Below, in pieces: positions 28,320-62,999 of a stretch of 62,999 nucleotides of DNA. The translations under genes and the position numbers were made by a program. Origin of the DNA: Octopus bimaculoides (lineage: Eukaryota); contig NC_068984.1 of the NCBI RefSeq assembly GCF_001194135.2, forward strand, positions 121,305,541-121,368,539. Direction: 5' to 3'. The first letter of the stretch is position 1, and the number at the start of each line of letters is the position of its first letter. The notes under the pieces were generated by a model. The model had not been told where the DNA came from. It saw nothing but the letters and a program-made list of their open reading frames with translations, and did not search any database.

Positions 28320-28333
28320 ATATATATATATAT

Positions 28334-28584
28334 AAGCAAAGAAGGTAATTCTAAAATCTCTGTAAGAGATGAACGCAGTATCTGTACTGACAAGTAATGT
28401 TTGTCGCCACTTCAGCATGGCTGTTCTGTTCGAACGGACGTTACTCCGGTTTTTTAACAGACGTAGTATCCAGTACTGAGGAAGGGCAGAAATAGCTTGA
28501 AACCATGCTGGTCTGCTGATCTCGTCGCTATAAGGTGCTAGGAGTTCGCACCTCTGCTCGCAATATATTGGATGCTGGTTGCAT
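28334..28584. mobile_element. Third, internally deleted copy of the 14024 fold-back family
   Basis: TTCTAAAATCTC..AGAGAT.AACGCAGTA..TGTACTGACAAGTAAT shared with 14045-14100. Truncated by an N-gap. Confidence 0.8.
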
Positions 28585-28669
28585 NNNNNNNNNNNNNNNN
28601 NNNNNNNNNNNNNNNNNNNNNNNNNNNNNNNNNNNNNNNNNNNNNNNNNNNNNNNNNNNNNNNNNNNNN

Positions 28670-28724
<55 letters not shown>

Positions 28725-29358
28725 CATACATATAAATATATAGGTAGACAGACAGACAGATAGATAGATATCAAATATCAGAAATTATGACCACACAATA
28801 TATATTATTAGTATCACTAGCGTTTCTGTTGACACCAATTGATAGAAACTAACACCTCAAGTTACACCCTAATGTTTATAAAAATACCGTTTTTTATGAC
28901 TTGTCTAATGTAGTTTTAAATATACTAAACCTGGAAAAAGTCGGTATGATGACATCTGGAGCATTTTTAAGTAAAGTCTGCTCAACCAAGGCTGACCTGG
29001 GAACAAAAATAATAGTTTACTAAATAAGAGAATTGTTTGATGGTGTCAGATTTTTAAAAAATTTAGATGCTTTATGTTTAATGAATGAAATACTGGATGA
29101 GAAAACATTTGATTAAAAGGCTTAACTCTTATAATATAACACATTGATAACAATGTTCATGTTTATTCATATTTATGACTTTTCAAAACCCTTTAAAATA
29201 AAGGGTTTCTGACAGTACGTGAATTTATGCTTTTCAATTTCGATAACTATAAATGTGAATTTAAACGCATATGAGTTATTGTATTATATTTCATTGAATT
29301 TTGATTTCATACTTCTATATTTCTTTTTTCTTTTATTTTTAGATTTTCATCGCTCACT

Positions 29359-62029
<32,671 letters not shown>

Positions 62030-62092
62030 CACATAAAACTTTATATGCACACACAAACACATCCGCATATATACACTGCTAATACTACTACA

Positions 62093-62129
<37 letters not shown>

Positions 62130-62999
62130 TACATACACAAACCCACAAAAACAACGCCCCCTGTGTTGAATTTTGTTGCCTTAGACCCGTTTTAGCTGTC
62201 ATATATGTGATACTAAGGAAACTAATTTACACGAATGTCTGTCCACCAATGTCTTTGTGTAGTAACATCTGGTAGTTAAATAATACAATATGTTCCACAA
62301 GTCGATCAGATCTCTAAATAATACTTATAAGACACCCTGCTATTAATTCTCTGTTCTCTGTTTTGTTATATTTCATTACACTCGGCTAGAACTGCCGATT
62401 GCCGACGACTAGATAAGCAGGGTATATCCATCCGACTGCCAACCATTGCGCTGGCACATAGCAATGTCAATGTCTAAAGCAACTTGCTGCATAAAGCTAT
62501 TTATATAAGATACACATACATATTGTTCGTTTACTTGCAATGCAATGTGGTGCAGGTGAGTTCCAGTTATTTCAATAACCCGGAAACATCCGACATGAAC
62601 TTATTTGATTCTATTACATCAACTCTCTTGTAATTCTGAAGACGCTTACGTTGTATTATCACCAGGTGTCTCATTAGTTGTTGGTCAGTGTTCCTTGCTA
62701 TGATCTACAATAATCGAGTGATTACGGTCGCAGATTTCTGAAATGTTATCATTAACCAGGGTATGTAACTTGTTGCATATGTGTACGTGTTTAAGAAGCT
62801 GTATGTGAAATCAAGAAGTTCATTTATTTATTTTTGCTTCGTTTCATCACTTTTACCTACGCTTGTGTTCTTTTGGTTTTTACCCCTCGTTTCTAGTTTC
62901 TAATCATCATTCATCTACTTAGTTTTTCTTGCCTTTCTTTCTATTTCTGCAAAATATTTTATAGCAGATCCACAACCTTCTCTCTCTCTCTCTCTCTCT

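Noticed and set aside
62030-62999. Poly(A) signal for the main SLC45 transcript
   Set aside because: No canonical AATAAA was seen. CATAAA at 62032 and about 62491 is too weak to call, and the 3'UTR may extend beyond the window.

Overview
Animal (eukaryotic) genomic DNA, AT-rich and very dense in microsatellites, with 7 N-gaps. The repeat families and microsatellite density suggest an octopod cephalopod; this is inference, not checked by search. One host gene is supported: a + strand SLC45-family MFS transporter (proton-associated sugar transporter / MATP / Drosophila lovit-like) with three coding exons, 29359-30829, 50384-50559 and 61796-62029. Splice phases are consistent (1, then 0) and the spliced product is 626 aa with 12 predicted TM helices. 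An acceptor at 29341-29342 implies an unseen upstream exon. The rest is decayed mobile DNA: R4/Dong-like RLE LINEs, Tx1/L1, RTE, Penelope-like elements, a Gypsy remnant, Tc1 and mariner, a Helitron remnant, MITEs and several tRNA-derived SINE families. Observations most worth follow-up: (1) a diverged duplicate of the last exon end plus 3'UTR inside the last intron, whose old codons now form splice sites and which could act as an alternative terminal exon removing TM11-12; (2) several long intronic inverted repeats that could form dsRNA and be ADAR substrates; (3) apparent microsatellite targeting, with LINEs in (CATA)n and SINEs after TTATTA, and a 3' motif shared by LINE and SINE; (4) a splice acceptor whose upstream tract is an (ATT)n microsatellite. 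Repeat boundaries are read by eye and approximate.
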